Assembly: GCA_964539105.1 (NCBI GenBank)
Contig: CAZIFI010000003.1
Coordinates: 39,202 to 103,201 of the forward strand
Direction of reading: 5' to 3'
Source: an uncultured Anaerolineales bacterium
Lineage (GTDB): Bacteria; Chloroflexota; Anaerolineae; Anaerolineales; UBA11858
Length of the DNA stretch: 64,000 nucleotides
The notes beneath the pieces are model-generated. The model was not told where the DNA came from and made no database searches. It saw nothing but the letters and a program-made list of their open reading frames with translations. Position 1 is the first letter of the stretch, and each line of letters opens with the position of its first letter. Shown in pieces: positions 1 to 9,280 of this stretch. The translations under genes and the position numbers were made by a program.

Positions 1-71
1 TTTTCACCCTCGAATTGAGGGAGCAAATAAACCAGACCTTACACCATTAGCTATCGGAAAACGGACAAATT

Positions 72-824
72 ATGTGGGAATCGTTTATTACCTTAATGAT
101 CAACATCCTGCTATATATCTACACCCTGGTTGGCCAGAACTTCGGCGTGGCAATCATCCTGTTCACGATCCTGATTCGCGTCCTGATGTACCCCCTCACA
201 GCCCGCCAGGTGAAAAGCAGCAAAGCCATGCAGGACCTGCAGGGCTCAAAAAAATGGCAGGATATTCAGGAAAAATATAAAAACGACAAAGAGAAATTGG
301 CCCAGAAACAAATGGAGCTCTATCAAGAAATGGGAATCAGTCCCTTCGGCTCCTGTCTACCCCTATTGGTCCAGTTCCCCATCATCATCGGGCTGTACCA
401 GGCCATCATCCGCGCCCTGGCTGTAACCCCCGTGCAGCTGGTAAATCTTTCCAAGCACATCAGCAACGGGGCAGAACTCATTCCCATCAACAATCAGTTC
501 CTGTGGATGGACCTCAGTCTGCCAGAGCGGCTTCCCATCCTGGGCATCGGTGTTCCAATCCTGGCTATCCTGGTCGTCATCACCTCCTACGTGCAGACAA
601 AAATGGTCTCCACACCCACAACTGGAGGCGATGATGGAGGACAAGGCGCCCAGATGACAAAAGCCATGAGCCTGTACATGCCGTTCTTTATGGGCTATCT
701 GGCGCTGACCTTTGCCTCCGGCTTGGCGCTGTATTTCATTGCCACCAACTTGACAACGATCGCCCAGTACATCATCCTGGGACAGGCTGATTTCAAAAAT
801 TTGCTCCCCGATCAGTTGTCATAA
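72..824 (+). CDS. yidC: Membrane protein insertase YidC/Oxa1 (short, SpoIIIJ-like form)
   Basis: 250-aa polytopic ORF with the short Gram-positive-type YidC architecture. It is followed directly by jag, as in the conserved rnpA-yidC-jag cluster. Confidence 0.88.
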   Translation: MWESFITLMINILLYIYTLVGQNFGVAIILFTILIRVLMYPLTARQVKSSKAMQDLQGSKKWQDIQEKYKNDKEKLAQKQMELYQEMGISPFGSCLPLLVQFPIIIGLYQAIIRALAVTPVQLVNLSKHISNGAELIPINNQFLWMDLSLPERLPILGIGVPILAILVVITSYVQTKMVSTPTTGGDDGGQGAQMTKAMSLYMPFFMGYLALTFASGLALYFIATNLTTIAQYIILGQADFKNLLPDQLS

Positions 825-859
825 CGCACTTATAATGCTTATCGCATAGAAGAGGGATT

Positions 860-1588
860 ATGGATAATAGTCGTGCAACCCTGGAAGTGATTGCTCAATC
901 TGTGGATGAAGCGATTCAGAAAGGATTAGAGGAGCTGGGTTTACCCCGCGAAACAGTTGATGTTGAGGTCCTGGATGAAGGCAGCGGAGGGGTGTTCGGA
1001 ATTGGCTCCCGTCAAGCCCGGGTCCGCATTTCCCTGGCTTCACCGGATGAATCCGGACCTGCCGAAGAGCAAGTCGCAGCAAAACAGGAAGTTGAACCGG
1101 ATGTAGACCCGGAAGAGGCCCATGTTTTGACCATGGCGGAAGATGTGGTCAGGGAACTCCTTCAGAAAATGAACCTTTCAGCCCATGTTTCCGGTCAGTT
1201 TGGAGAGAAACCGGACAACCTGCCCTTCCATCCCATAAAAATTAACGTAACCGGGGATGACCTGAGCATGTTGATTGGAAAACGGGGCAAAACCCTCAAC
1301 GCGCTGCAGTATGTCACGCGGCTTATTCTGGGAAAGGAGCTGGAACGCGGCGTCCCGCTCTCCATCGACGTCGAAGGATATCGAAAGAGACGCGAACAGC
1401 AGGTGCGCCAAATCGCACGGCGGGTCGCTCAACAGGTGATCAACACCAACCGCCGGCAGGCACTGGAACCCATGCCGCCCAATGAACGCCGTTTTGTGCA
1501 CATCGAGCTCCGGGACAACTCCCAGGTCTACACAGAAAGCGCCGGAGAAGATCCCAACCGCAAGGTCGTCGTCTACCCTGAAGAGTAA
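860..1588 (+). CDS. khpB: RNA-binding protein KhpB/Jag (Jag_N, KH, R3H domains)
   Basis: N-terminal Jag_N-like segment, a KH-like motif (LIGKRGKTLNALQYV) and a C-terminal R3H region. Position immediately after yidC. Confidence 0.88.
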   Translation: MDNSRATLEVIAQSVDEAIQKGLEELGLPRETVDVEVLDEGSGGVFGIGSRQARVRISLASPDESGPAEEQVAAKQEVEPDVDPEEAHVLTMAEDVVRELLQKMNLSAHVSGQFGEKPDNLPFHPIKINVTGDDLSMLIGKRGKTLNALQYVTRLILGKELERGVPLSIDVEGYRKRREQQVRQIARRVAQQVINTNRRQALEPMPPNERRFVHIELRDNSQVYTESAGEDPNRKVVVYPEE

Positions 1589-1606
1589 ATCGAAAGGACA
1601 CTTACT

Positions 1607-1640
1607 AAACGCGGGCATATTTACCTGCCCGCGTTTTTCG
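1607..1640 (+). terminator. Rho-independent terminator after jag
   Basis: Stem aaacgcgggca / tgcccgcgttt with an 8-nt loop, followed by a TTTTT run. Confidence 0.7.
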
Positions 1641-1773
1641 TTTAAGAAGCACAGAACACGCCTCACCCTGTGTGTTCGGAGGTGCAGTCTGAGAAAAACG
1701 TTAACAGGGACATTGTCCCCCCGTATGCCAGACCCGCCTCGAAACAGGGATGTCTTTCAGGTATAATGCAACC

Positions 1774-2619
1774 ATGAATTTAGCGTCCCACAATGGCCAA
1801 ATTGAGTACCTCGTTGTCGGACATATCACCCGGGACATAACACCGAACGGGGACAGATTGGGAGGTACCGCCGCCTATGCCTCCCTGCTGGCACACAGGC
1901 TCGGGTTGCAGGTCGGATTGGTGACAGCTGTCTCCGGGGATGTCTCGCTGTGCGCCTTGAAGGGCATTGACATACACTCCCTGACATCCCAGCATACAAC
2001 AACCTTTGTCAATTCCTATCTGCCCGGTGGCAGACAGCAGGAAATCCGGCATGTTGCATCCCCCTTGAAGGAACACGACATCCCGGATTCGTGGCAAAAT
2101 GCCAGAACAGTCCACCTGGCTCCTGTAGTCCATGAAATAAACCCCGGTTTGATGGTAAAATTTCAACGGTCCTTTGTGGGGTTGTCATTACAGGGTTGGC
2201 TCCGGGCATGGGATGACTTCGGCCGTGTCTCTCCAGCACCAGGAAATGTCTCCCTGTCATCCTGCAGCGCGGCATCAGCTGTGGTGTTCAGCTATGAGGA
2301 TGTGGGACAGGACCCGAGAGTGGTACAGCACTATGCCTCAATATGCCCGCTCGTGATTGTAACCAAAGGACCGCAAGGCGCCGATTTATTCTTTCATGGC
2401 GAGAGGACGCATATCCCCACCTCCCCCCGGGAAGAAGTTGACCCCACAGGGGCAGGAGATATCTTTGCGGCTGCCTTCTTCATTCATTACCAGCAGCACG
2501 GGAACCAGCTGGAAGCGGCCCATTTCGCAACGTCCATCGCTGCCCTCTCCGTGACCCGGAAAGGCCTGCATGGCGTACCAACACGAAAAGAACTGCAAAC
2601 GCTGCAAGGGGTAACTTAA
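1774..2619 (+). CDS. PfkB-family carbohydrate kinase (ribokinase-like)
   Basis: C-terminal PfkB signature DPTGAGDIFAAAFF with ribokinase-like fold motifs. An alternative start at 1750 is possible. The TATAAT at 1759-1764 suggests a near-leaderless start at 1774. Confidence 0.72.
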   Translation: MNLASHNGQIEYLVVGHITRDITPNGDRLGGTAAYASLLAHRLGLQVGLVTAVSGDVSLCALKGIDIHSLTSQHTTTFVNSYLPGGRQQEIRHVASPLKEHDIPDSWQNARTVHLAPVVHEINPGLMVKFQRSFVGLSLQGWLRAWDDFGRVSPAPGNVSLSSCSAASAVVFSYEDVGQDPRVVQHYASICPLVIVTKGPQGADLFFHGERTHIPTSPREEVDPTGAGDIFAAAFFIHYQQHGNQLEAAHFATSIAALSVTRKGLHGVPTRKELQTLQGVT

Positions 2620-2623
2620 TCCT

Positions 2624-3409
2624 ATGGGAAAAATGTACACCATCGCCAATCAGAAGGGAGGCGTGGGCAAGACAACCACCACCATCAACCTGGGATCCTA
2701 CCTGGCTTACTACGGACAGCGGGTACTGCTGGCAGATGTGGACCCGCAGGCAAATGCCACGTCATCATTGGGATTGGATAAACACGACATCCAGGGAGGG
2801 ACCTACGAAGCCATCCTGGAAGATGAAAGCATAAAAAAATATATCCTTCGCAACCCGCAGCTGAAAATGTCAATCCTGCCGGCATCCCCCGATCTAGCTG
2901 GAGCCGAGGTGGAACTGGTCAATGAAGTGGGACGGGAAAATTTGTTAAAACGCACGCTGATGCCCCTGCATGAAGAGTACGACTACATTCTGATTGACTG
3001 TCCCCCCTCCCTGGGCCTTCTGACCCTGAACGGTCTTGTTTCCGCCAAAGATGGCATTCTCATCCCTGTGCAATGCGAGTATCTGGCTATGGAAGGGTTA
3101 GGCCAGTTGACTTCAACCATTGAACGCGTCAAACGGGCCCTTGCTCCCGACTTGGTTGTGCGGGGCGTGATCCTGACCATGTTCGACGGCAGGACAAATT
3201 TAGCCAGCGATGTCGTCCAGGAAGTCAAAAACCACTTTTCCACCCAGGTCTTTGAGGCCGTGATACCCCGCAGCGTACGCCTAGCAGAAGCCCCGTCTTA
3301 CGGTGTACCCATCTCCCTATACGCGCCGGACTCGAACGGCGCATTGGCTTACCAGGATCTGGCGAAAGAAATGCTTCAGCAAGACGGCGTCGCGATACCT
3401 GATGTATAA
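2624..3409 (+). CDS. parA: Chromosome partitioning ATPase ParA/Soj
   Basis: Deviant Walker A motif KGGVGKTTTTINLG and full-length ParA similarity. Directly followed by parB. Confidence 0.95.
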   Translation: MGKMYTIANQKGGVGKTTTTINLGSYLAYYGQRVLLADVDPQANATSSLGLDKHDIQGGTYEAILEDESIKKYILRNPQLKMSILPASPDLAGAEVELVNEVGRENLLKRTLMPLHEEYDYILIDCPPSLGLLTLNGLVSAKDGILIPVQCEYLAMEGLGQLTSTIERVKRALAPDLVVRGVILTMFDGRTNLASDVVQEVKNHFSTQVFEAVIPRSVRLAEAPSYGVPISLYAPDSNGALAYQDLAKEMLQQDGVAIPDV

Positions 3410-3486
3410 TACAAACGCTCTGACCTGGACAAATGGTCGGATACCCCTTTGGACATCCCGCATTTCAAGACAAGAGATGGTTGACT

Positions 3487-4362
3487 ATGGCTAAAAAACG
3501 ACCCGGTCTGGGAAAGGGATTAGACGCCCTCATCCCTTCCAAATCACAAAAAGAAGAAAGCATCGATCCGTCCTCCGTGATGGAAATCCCCCTTGAGTCG
3601 ATATCCACCAATCCGCACCAACCCCGGCGCGGATTCGACCAAGGTGAACTCAAGGAATTGGCCGCATCCATTGAAGAACACGGCATCATCCAACCCATCA
3701 TCGTCGTGCCAAAACAAGAAGGAGAGGATGATTTTGCCCTCATAGCAGGGGAGCGGCGCCTCAAAGCCGCCAAAATGGCGGGATTAAAGGCGGTACCGGC
3801 TATCCTGAGGGAAGCCTCAAATCAAGACCAACTGGTCGTGGCCTTGATTGAAAACGTCCAGCGGGCTGATCTAAACCCCCTGGAAACAGCCTCCGCCTAC
3901 CAGAAATTGTCCCAGGTCTTTGGCCTTTCCCACCAGGAAATCGGGGAACGCGTTGGGAAAAGCCGCACCACAGTGACCAACACCCTGCGCCTGCTGGACC
4001 TCCCGGATATCGTACAGCAGGCCCTGCGGAAAGGACAGATCAGCAATGGACATGCCCGTGCACTGCTCTCATTGGAAACCACAAAATCGCAGTCAGCTGC
4101 CCTGCAAACCATCCTGACCAAGGATCTCAACGTGCGCCAGACGGAATCTCTGGTGAAAAAGCTGCAGGGGGATAAGGAACAACGCAAACCGAAAAAAACC
4201 ACTCTCTCACCGGAAATGATGGATATTCAGGAACAATTGCAATCTTCCCTGGGAACAAAGGTTAACTTAAAACAGTCCAAATCTGGTAAAGGATCGATCA
4301 CAATCCATTTTTATTCCGATGAAGAGCTCAACTCCCTCCTGGAGCGATTCTTCGAGGATTAA
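3487..4362 (+). CDS. parB: Chromosome partitioning protein ParB/Spo0J
   Basis: ParB box (IAGERRLKAAKMAGL..VPAI), an HTH region and a C-terminal dimerisation region. Start chosen at MAKKRPGLGKGLDALIP (3487) rather than the longer ORF start at 3433. Confidence 0.93.
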   Translation: MAKKRPGLGKGLDALIPSKSQKEESIDPSSVMEIPLESISTNPHQPRRGFDQGELKELAASIEEHGIIQPIIVVPKQEGEDDFALIAGERRLKAAKMAGLKAVPAILREASNQDQLVVALIENVQRADLNPLETASAYQKLSQVFGLSHQEIGERVGKSRTTVTNTLRLLDLPDIVQQALRKGQISNGHARALLSLETTKSQSAALQTILTKDLNVRQTESLVKKLQGDKEQRKPKKTTLSPEMMDIQEQLQSSLGTKVNLKQSKSGKGSITIHFYSDEELNSLLERFFED

Positions 4363-4394
4363 CAACAACTGGATTTGAGCGGTGTAGCCTGTCC

Positions 4395-5984
4395 ATGTCC
4401 ACTCTCATACTCAACAACGCCCGCATATATACTTTAGATCCCTCCCGTCCCCGCGCCTCGGGAATGGTGATCTCTAATGGGGTCATCACCCGGCTCCTGG
4501 ACCGGGAAAGGAGCAGCGTTGACATCCCCGGGACTGAAAGGGAAGATATGGATGGCAAGACCATCCTTCCGGGATTGAGCGATGCCCACATCCATCTCAA
4601 AGAGTATGCCCTCAACCTGAAAAAAATCAACTGTGAAACCGGGACCAAAGACGCGTGCCTTCAGCGGGTTGCCCAACGCGCCGCCAAACAACCACCCGGG
4701 ACCTGGATCCTGGGCCACGGATGGAATCAAAACTCATGGCGGGATGGATATGGGACCCGGGCCGAGCTGGACGCGGTCGCCCCCCGGCATCCTGTGTATC
4801 TGACAGCCAAATCTCTGCATGCTGCCTGGGTTAACTCTGCTGCCCTGCAGGAAGCCGGGCTGCATGAGGACACGCCTGATCCAGCGGGAGGGAGATTGTC
4901 ACGGGACCCGCAGGGAAAACTGGGCGGACTTTTATTTGAGAAAGCCATCCCGCTTGTGGCAGATAACATCCCTGAACCGGATCTCCAGGAGATTAAATCC
5001 GCCATGCAGGACGCCCAGCGCTCCCTGTGGAAAATAGGTCTAACCGCTGTCCATGATTTCGACCGCCGGTTGAGCTTTTCAGCCCTTCAGGAACTCCACC
5101 AAGAGGGCAAACTGAAGCTGCGGGTGACGAAGAGCCTTCCCGTGGATGACCTGGACGGCGCCCTGCAAGTGGGGCTGAGAAGCGGATTTGGCACTCCTCT
5201 CCTCCATGTGGGCAGTATAAAAGCCTTCGCCGATGGCGCCCTGGGCCCCCAGACCGCAGCCATGATTGCCCCTTACCATGGTACAGACAAGGACCGGGGG
5301 ATTCAAATGCTGGAGGAAGAAGACATCCTGCAGTTCAGCTTGAAAGCCGCTGAACATGGTTTGAGTATGGCCATTCACGCCATCGGTGACCGCGCCAACC
5401 GCACGGTGTTGAACGCATTTCAGCGGGTGCGAGAACAAGAGGAAAAGCGAGATCTACCTTCCCTGCGGCACAGGATAGAACACGTGCAGCTGCTTCACCC
5501 GCAGGATGTGGGACGGCTGGCTGAGTTGAAAATTATCGCCTCCATGCAGCCCATCCACGCCACCTCAGATATGGATACCGCCCAACAGTACTGGGGAGAA
5601 AGAAGCCGGTACGCCTATGCCTGGCGGTCCTTGCTCGATCACGGCACCCGTCTGGCTTTCGGTTCGGATGCGCCGGTTGAGGTGCCAAATCCTTTCCTGG
5701 GGCTGTATGCTGCTGTCAGCAGGCGGAAACCTAACGGGGATACCGGGGGGGGAGAAGGCTGGGTTCCACAGCAGCGGATCAGCCTGATGGAAGCCCTACA
5801 GGCCTACACGACCGGCCCCGCCTATGCTGCCGGGAGGGAAGACCAACAGGGAAAGCTCATGCCCGGATACTGGGCAGATTGCATTGTTCTGGAGGAAGAC
5901 CCTTTTTCAACCCTCGCAGCACAGCTGCCTGATATGCAGCCGGTCCGGACCATGGTCAACGGCGAATGGGTCTGGCATCGTTAA
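4395..5984 (+). CDS. Metal-dependent amidohydrolase (Amidohydro_3 family)
   Basis: 529-aa ORF with N-terminal HxH metal ligands (SDAHIHLKEYA) and C-terminal amidohydrolase-3 motifs (AFGSDAPVE). Confidence 0.7.
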   Translation: MSTLILNNARIYTLDPSRPRASGMVISNGVITRLLDRERSSVDIPGTEREDMDGKTILPGLSDAHIHLKEYALNLKKINCETGTKDACLQRVAQRAAKQPPGTWILGHGWNQNSWRDGYGTRAELDAVAPRHPVYLTAKSLHAAWVNSAALQEAGLHEDTPDPAGGRLSRDPQGKLGGLLFEKAIPLVADNIPEPDLQEIKSAMQDAQRSLWKIGLTAVHDFDRRLSFSALQELHQEGKLKLRVTKSLPVDDLDGALQVGLRSGFGTPLLHVGSIKAFADGALGPQTAAMIAPYHGTDKDRGIQMLEEEDILQFSLKAAEHGLSMAIHAIGDRANRTVLNAFQRVREQEEKRDLPSLRHRIEHVQLLHPQDVGRLAELKIIASMQPIHATSDMDTAQQYWGERSRYAYAWRSLLDHGTRLAFGSDAPVEVPNPFLGLYAAVSRRKPNGDTGGGEGWVPQQRISLMEALQAYTTGPAYAAGREDQQGKLMPGYWADCIVLEEDPFSTLAAQLPDMQPVRTMVNGEWVWHR

Positions 5985-6053
5985 ACAAGCTGAGACCCTA
6001 TTTCTTTATATTCCAAAAATCGGAAAACGAACAATCAGACTTAAAAGCAGGGC

Positions 6054-7934
6054 TTACCGCAGCCGGCGAACGTCTCCCTCTCGCACAGTAATGCCCTGGG
6101 TATCAAGGTATTCCAGAAGAGCCAGGACATACCGCCGGCTGGAATCAAAGTGGTCCCGGGCCTCGGCAACGGTGAGGGTGGCGTTCTCCTCCAACCAGGA
6201 TCTGATCTCAGCCACCATGGACTGGTACGTGTCAGTCGTAAAGACCACGTCTTCAGACACCTGCTTTAGCCGCTGTAGAGAGATCAATGCCTGGTACACT
6301 TCCTCACCAACCTGCTCGACACATTCCTCCACAGTGGGCGGAGTGTGGGGGTCCTTTGAAAATTCCGCCATCAGCTGCTTGACCCGTTCTTCATCCTGCT
6401 CTGAAAACGTTATGGCGTGGTCAGGCAGAGCAGCAACTGGACCGTTTTGATCTAAACGTCCTTCCGCGACCAGGGTATTGACCGCTGCTTGAAACACAAA
6501 GTCTTCATACTCCAATTGACTTTTTATTTCCTCGAGCGGCATCCCCGGGCGCAAGGGAAAAGCGTGATGGTACTCCGCTACTTTCTCGAGGACGCCCTTC
6601 TGGATAGTGTCCCACTCCTGGTCATAGGTCACAAGCTGATCCGGAGAGGAATTGCTCAGCAGAAGTACCCTGCTCTGTTCCGTTAATCTATCAAGGGCTT
6701 TCTGGGCCCGTTCTGGATCCATATTTGACTGCAAGATGACCTCTTTTTTACGCACCACCCCCGAGCCCTGGATGATCTGATAGATAATCTCCTCCGCATC
6801 TCCCGCAGCCAGCGTGTGCAGCCGCTCAAGAACCTGGTCATCAAATCGTTTATGACGGTATTCAGGATGGGGATCAAGGACAATCCCTCCTCCCATGGTC
6901 TCTGAGGGAGATGGCCGGCGTAAAATGTATCGATCCCCCCGCAGGGCGACCACCGGGTCAGGGACTTCCAGTTGAAGCCAGCCCTCTTCTCCGGGTGCCA
7001 ATCGGTCTTGTCCCAGTAGTCGGATCCGGGCCATCACTTCGTCCGCGCCAAGGAACAATTTTGCCCGGCTATCATGGGTCAAAGGTTTCAGGGACTCCGG
7101 CAGTGAGGTATAGTGAACGTCCAGACGGCGTGTAGGCTGATAATCCCCCGGGTGAGCCACCACATCACCCCGATCGACCTCATCAACATGGACTCCAGAG
7201 ATATTGATCGCGGTGCGGGTTCCCGGAGAGGCGCTGGTTACCTTCTGGTCATGGACCTGCAAACCCCGAATCCTGCCTTTGATCTTTTTTGGCAGCAGGA
7301 CAATTTCTTCCCCCTCTTGAAACTCGCCATCCAGCAGGGTCCCCGTCACCACAGTGCCAAAGCCAGAGATGCTGAATGTGCGGTCCACTGAAAGGCGGGG
7401 GCGCCCGAGATCAGGCCGCGGCGGATGGGAAGCCAGACGCTCCTCTATGGTCTCAATCAGGGTATCCACCCCCTGCCCTGTTTTTCCGGAAACCCGAACG
7501 ATGGGGGCATTGCTCAAGGTGGTACCCTGCAGTGTTACCTGTAAATCCTCTTCAACGAGATCCAACCACTCGGAATCGGTTACCACGTCTACCTTTGTCA
7601 AAGCGACCACACCGTCGTCGATACCCAACAAATCAATAATGGCCAGGTGTTCTTCCGTTTGCGGCATTACTCCCTCATCGGCTGCGACCACAAACAACAC
7701 CGCATCGATCCCCCCGATTCCCGACAGCATATTTTCTATAAAATCGCGGTGTCCGGGGACATCAATGATGCCGACCTGCTCACCGCTCTCAAATGTCATG
7801 GAATCGAAACCCAGGACAATGCTTAATTCACGCTCTCGTTCTTCGGCTAAGCGATCCGGATGCCTGCCGGTAATGGCCTCAATCAGGGTTGATTTCCCGT
7901 GATCCACGTGGCCTGCCGTTCCGATGACATACAT
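6054..7934 (-). CDS. selB: Selenocysteine-specific elongation factor SelB
   Basis: N-terminal EF-Tu-like GTPase (MYVIGTAGHVDHGKSTLIEAITG) and a long winged-helix C-terminal extension. 626 aa, typical SelB length. Confidence 0.85.
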   Translation of the reverse strand: MYVIGTAGHVDHGKSTLIEAITGRHPDRLAEERERELSIVLGFDSMTFESGEQVGIIDVPGHRDFIENMLSGIGGIDAVLFVVAADEGVMPQTEEHLAIIDLLGIDDGVVALTKVDVVTDSEWLDLVEEDLQVTLQGTTLSNAPIVRVSGKTGQGVDTLIETIEERLASHPPRPDLGRPRLSVDRTFSISGFGTVVTGTLLDGEFQEGEEIVLLPKKIKGRIRGLQVHDQKVTSASPGTRTAINISGVHVDEVDRGDVVAHPGDYQPTRRLDVHYTSLPESLKPLTHDSRAKLFLGADEVMARIRLLGQDRLAPGEEGWLQLEVPDPVVALRGDRYILRRPSPSETMGGGIVLDPHPEYRHKRFDDQVLERLHTLAAGDAEEIIYQIIQGSGVVRKKEVILQSNMDPERAQKALDRLTEQSRVLLLSNSSPDQLVTYDQEWDTIQKGVLEKVAEYHHAFPLRPGMPLEEIKSQLEYEDFVFQAAVNTLVAEGRLDQNGPVAALPDHAITFSEQDEERVKQLMAEFSKDPHTPPTVEECVEQVGEEVYQALISLQRLKQVSEDVVFTTDTYQSMVAEIRSWLEENATLTVAEARDHFDSSRRYVLALLEYLDTQGITVREGDVRRLR

Positions 7935-8002
7935 GGCCTTACCTCACATTGCTCCACGCCGGGTCTGCAAACCTGCCCGGTCCTGTACAACTCTACTCTT
8001 AC

Positions 8003-9181
8003 CTAACGGATGCTGTCCATCACCCCTTCAAAATCTGTCACCCAATCACGCACCAGAGACTGCAGGGTCTGAAGCTGCTTTTCAGTATGTGTACTCAACT
8101 GCCGCACCTGATCCTGCATTTCCTGAGCCTCGTCTTCCAGGATCGTGATCCGCTCCGCTAATCCGCGGGAATGGCGTTCCATCTCACTCCGGTGCTCATT
8201 CTGGGAAAGCATGTAATTGGCCCACCGTTTCTGGTCATCGGCCTTGAAGGTGGTCCATTCCTGGCGGAAACGTTCCTCTGCCAGGCGCTGCATTTCCGTG
8301 ATTTCATTGATCCGTCGTTCGACCTGCTCGGCCACATCCTCGATTTCTTGCTGCATACGCTTCACTTCGCGGTGTGTGGTGTCAAGAGAACGGATTTGCC
8401 CTTTTACTTCCTGGGACCTTTTTTCAATCTCCGCGAACCTCGTCTCCCAGCCTTTCCATTTCTTCTCCCGTTCTGTGGACAGCAAGGATTGTGTTTCAAT
8501 AAACTCATTTTGTTCTTTCCGCAGCTCCCGCCGCACCCGCTCCAGATCCTCAACACGCGTGGTTAGCTTCTGCATATCAGCCTGACTTACATCCAGCCGA
8601 CCCCGTTGTTCATCCAGACGCTTTCGCAGGGCCGTCACTTCCCCCTGAAGATCTGTAATACGTTTCAATTCTTGCTGTCGTTCTTCTTTGGCAAGACGGG
8701 TTTGCCGCTTATGCTCTTCGGAGTTACGCTGGAGATCATTCAGTTTTTTCTGGAGTTCGTTGAGGGATGTGTTAATTGTGTTCTCCACCTCTTCCCGCAC
8801 AGACATTTGCTTTTCCAGCCCCTCAATGCGGGTTAATTCCTCCCTCATCGACTTCAACCTGGTATCCAGTCCATCATACTGGGACCGCAGAAGTTCCTTT
8901 GCATCCTCTATCCAGCCCTTGACCTCCTTCTCAAATTCATTGTCGCGGCGTCCCGTTTCAACCCGCAAATCCGCTAAAGAATCATCCAGTTCATCTACCC
9001 GAGCCAGGCTTGAACGCAGGCGCGTAACTTCACTATCCAGTTCCTGGTTCTTCTTATTTGCCGCGTCAAGCTCCCCCTCCAGGGAGGTGATTTTATCCTC
9101 CAGATCCTTGATTTTAGCGCTGTCCTTACGGTGCTCCTCATCCAACCACTCCACACGCTTGGTCAGTTGTTCTAGATCCAT
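8003..9181 (-). CDS. Long coiled-coil protein of unknown function (no TM segments)
   Basis: About 390 aa, almost entirely heptad-like charged sequence rich in E, K, R, L and Q. Start set at MDLEQL, which has an AGGAG Shine-Dalgarno 8 nt upstream. No recognisable catalytic motif. Confidence 0.6.
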   Translation of the reverse strand: MDLEQLTKRVEWLDEEHRKDSAKIKDLEDKITSLEGELDAANKKNQELDSEVTRLRSSLARVDELDDSLADLRVETGRRDNEFEKEVKGWIEDAKELLRSQYDGLDTRLKSMREELTRIEGLEKQMSVREEVENTINTSLNELQKKLNDLQRNSEEHKRQTRLAKEERQQELKRITDLQGEVTALRKRLDEQRGRLDVSQADMQKLTTRVEDLERVRRELRKEQNEFIETQSLLSTEREKKWKGWETRFAEIEKRSQEVKGQIRSLDTTHREVKRMQQEIEDVAEQVERRINEITEMQRLAEERFRQEWTTFKADDQKRWANYMLSQNEHRSEMERHSRGLAERITILEDEAQEMQDQVRQLSTHTEKQLQTLQSLVRDWVTDFEGVMDSIR

Positions 9182-9280
9182 GGTCGTAACTCCTGTATTG
9201 AAGGAAATCAAGCAAAGTGATTATAGCACGGAGAGAGTACGTTGTTCTCTAAACATGCCATGTCCCGCACCCCGCACTGA

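Noticed and set aside
7354-7902. 182-aa plus-strand ORF, and 8688-9287 plus-strand 199-aa Ser-rich ORF
   Set aside because: Both are antisense shadows of selB and of the coiled-coil gene respectively. The Ser-rich composition is the complement of Glu/Arg/Leu-rich coiled-coil codons.
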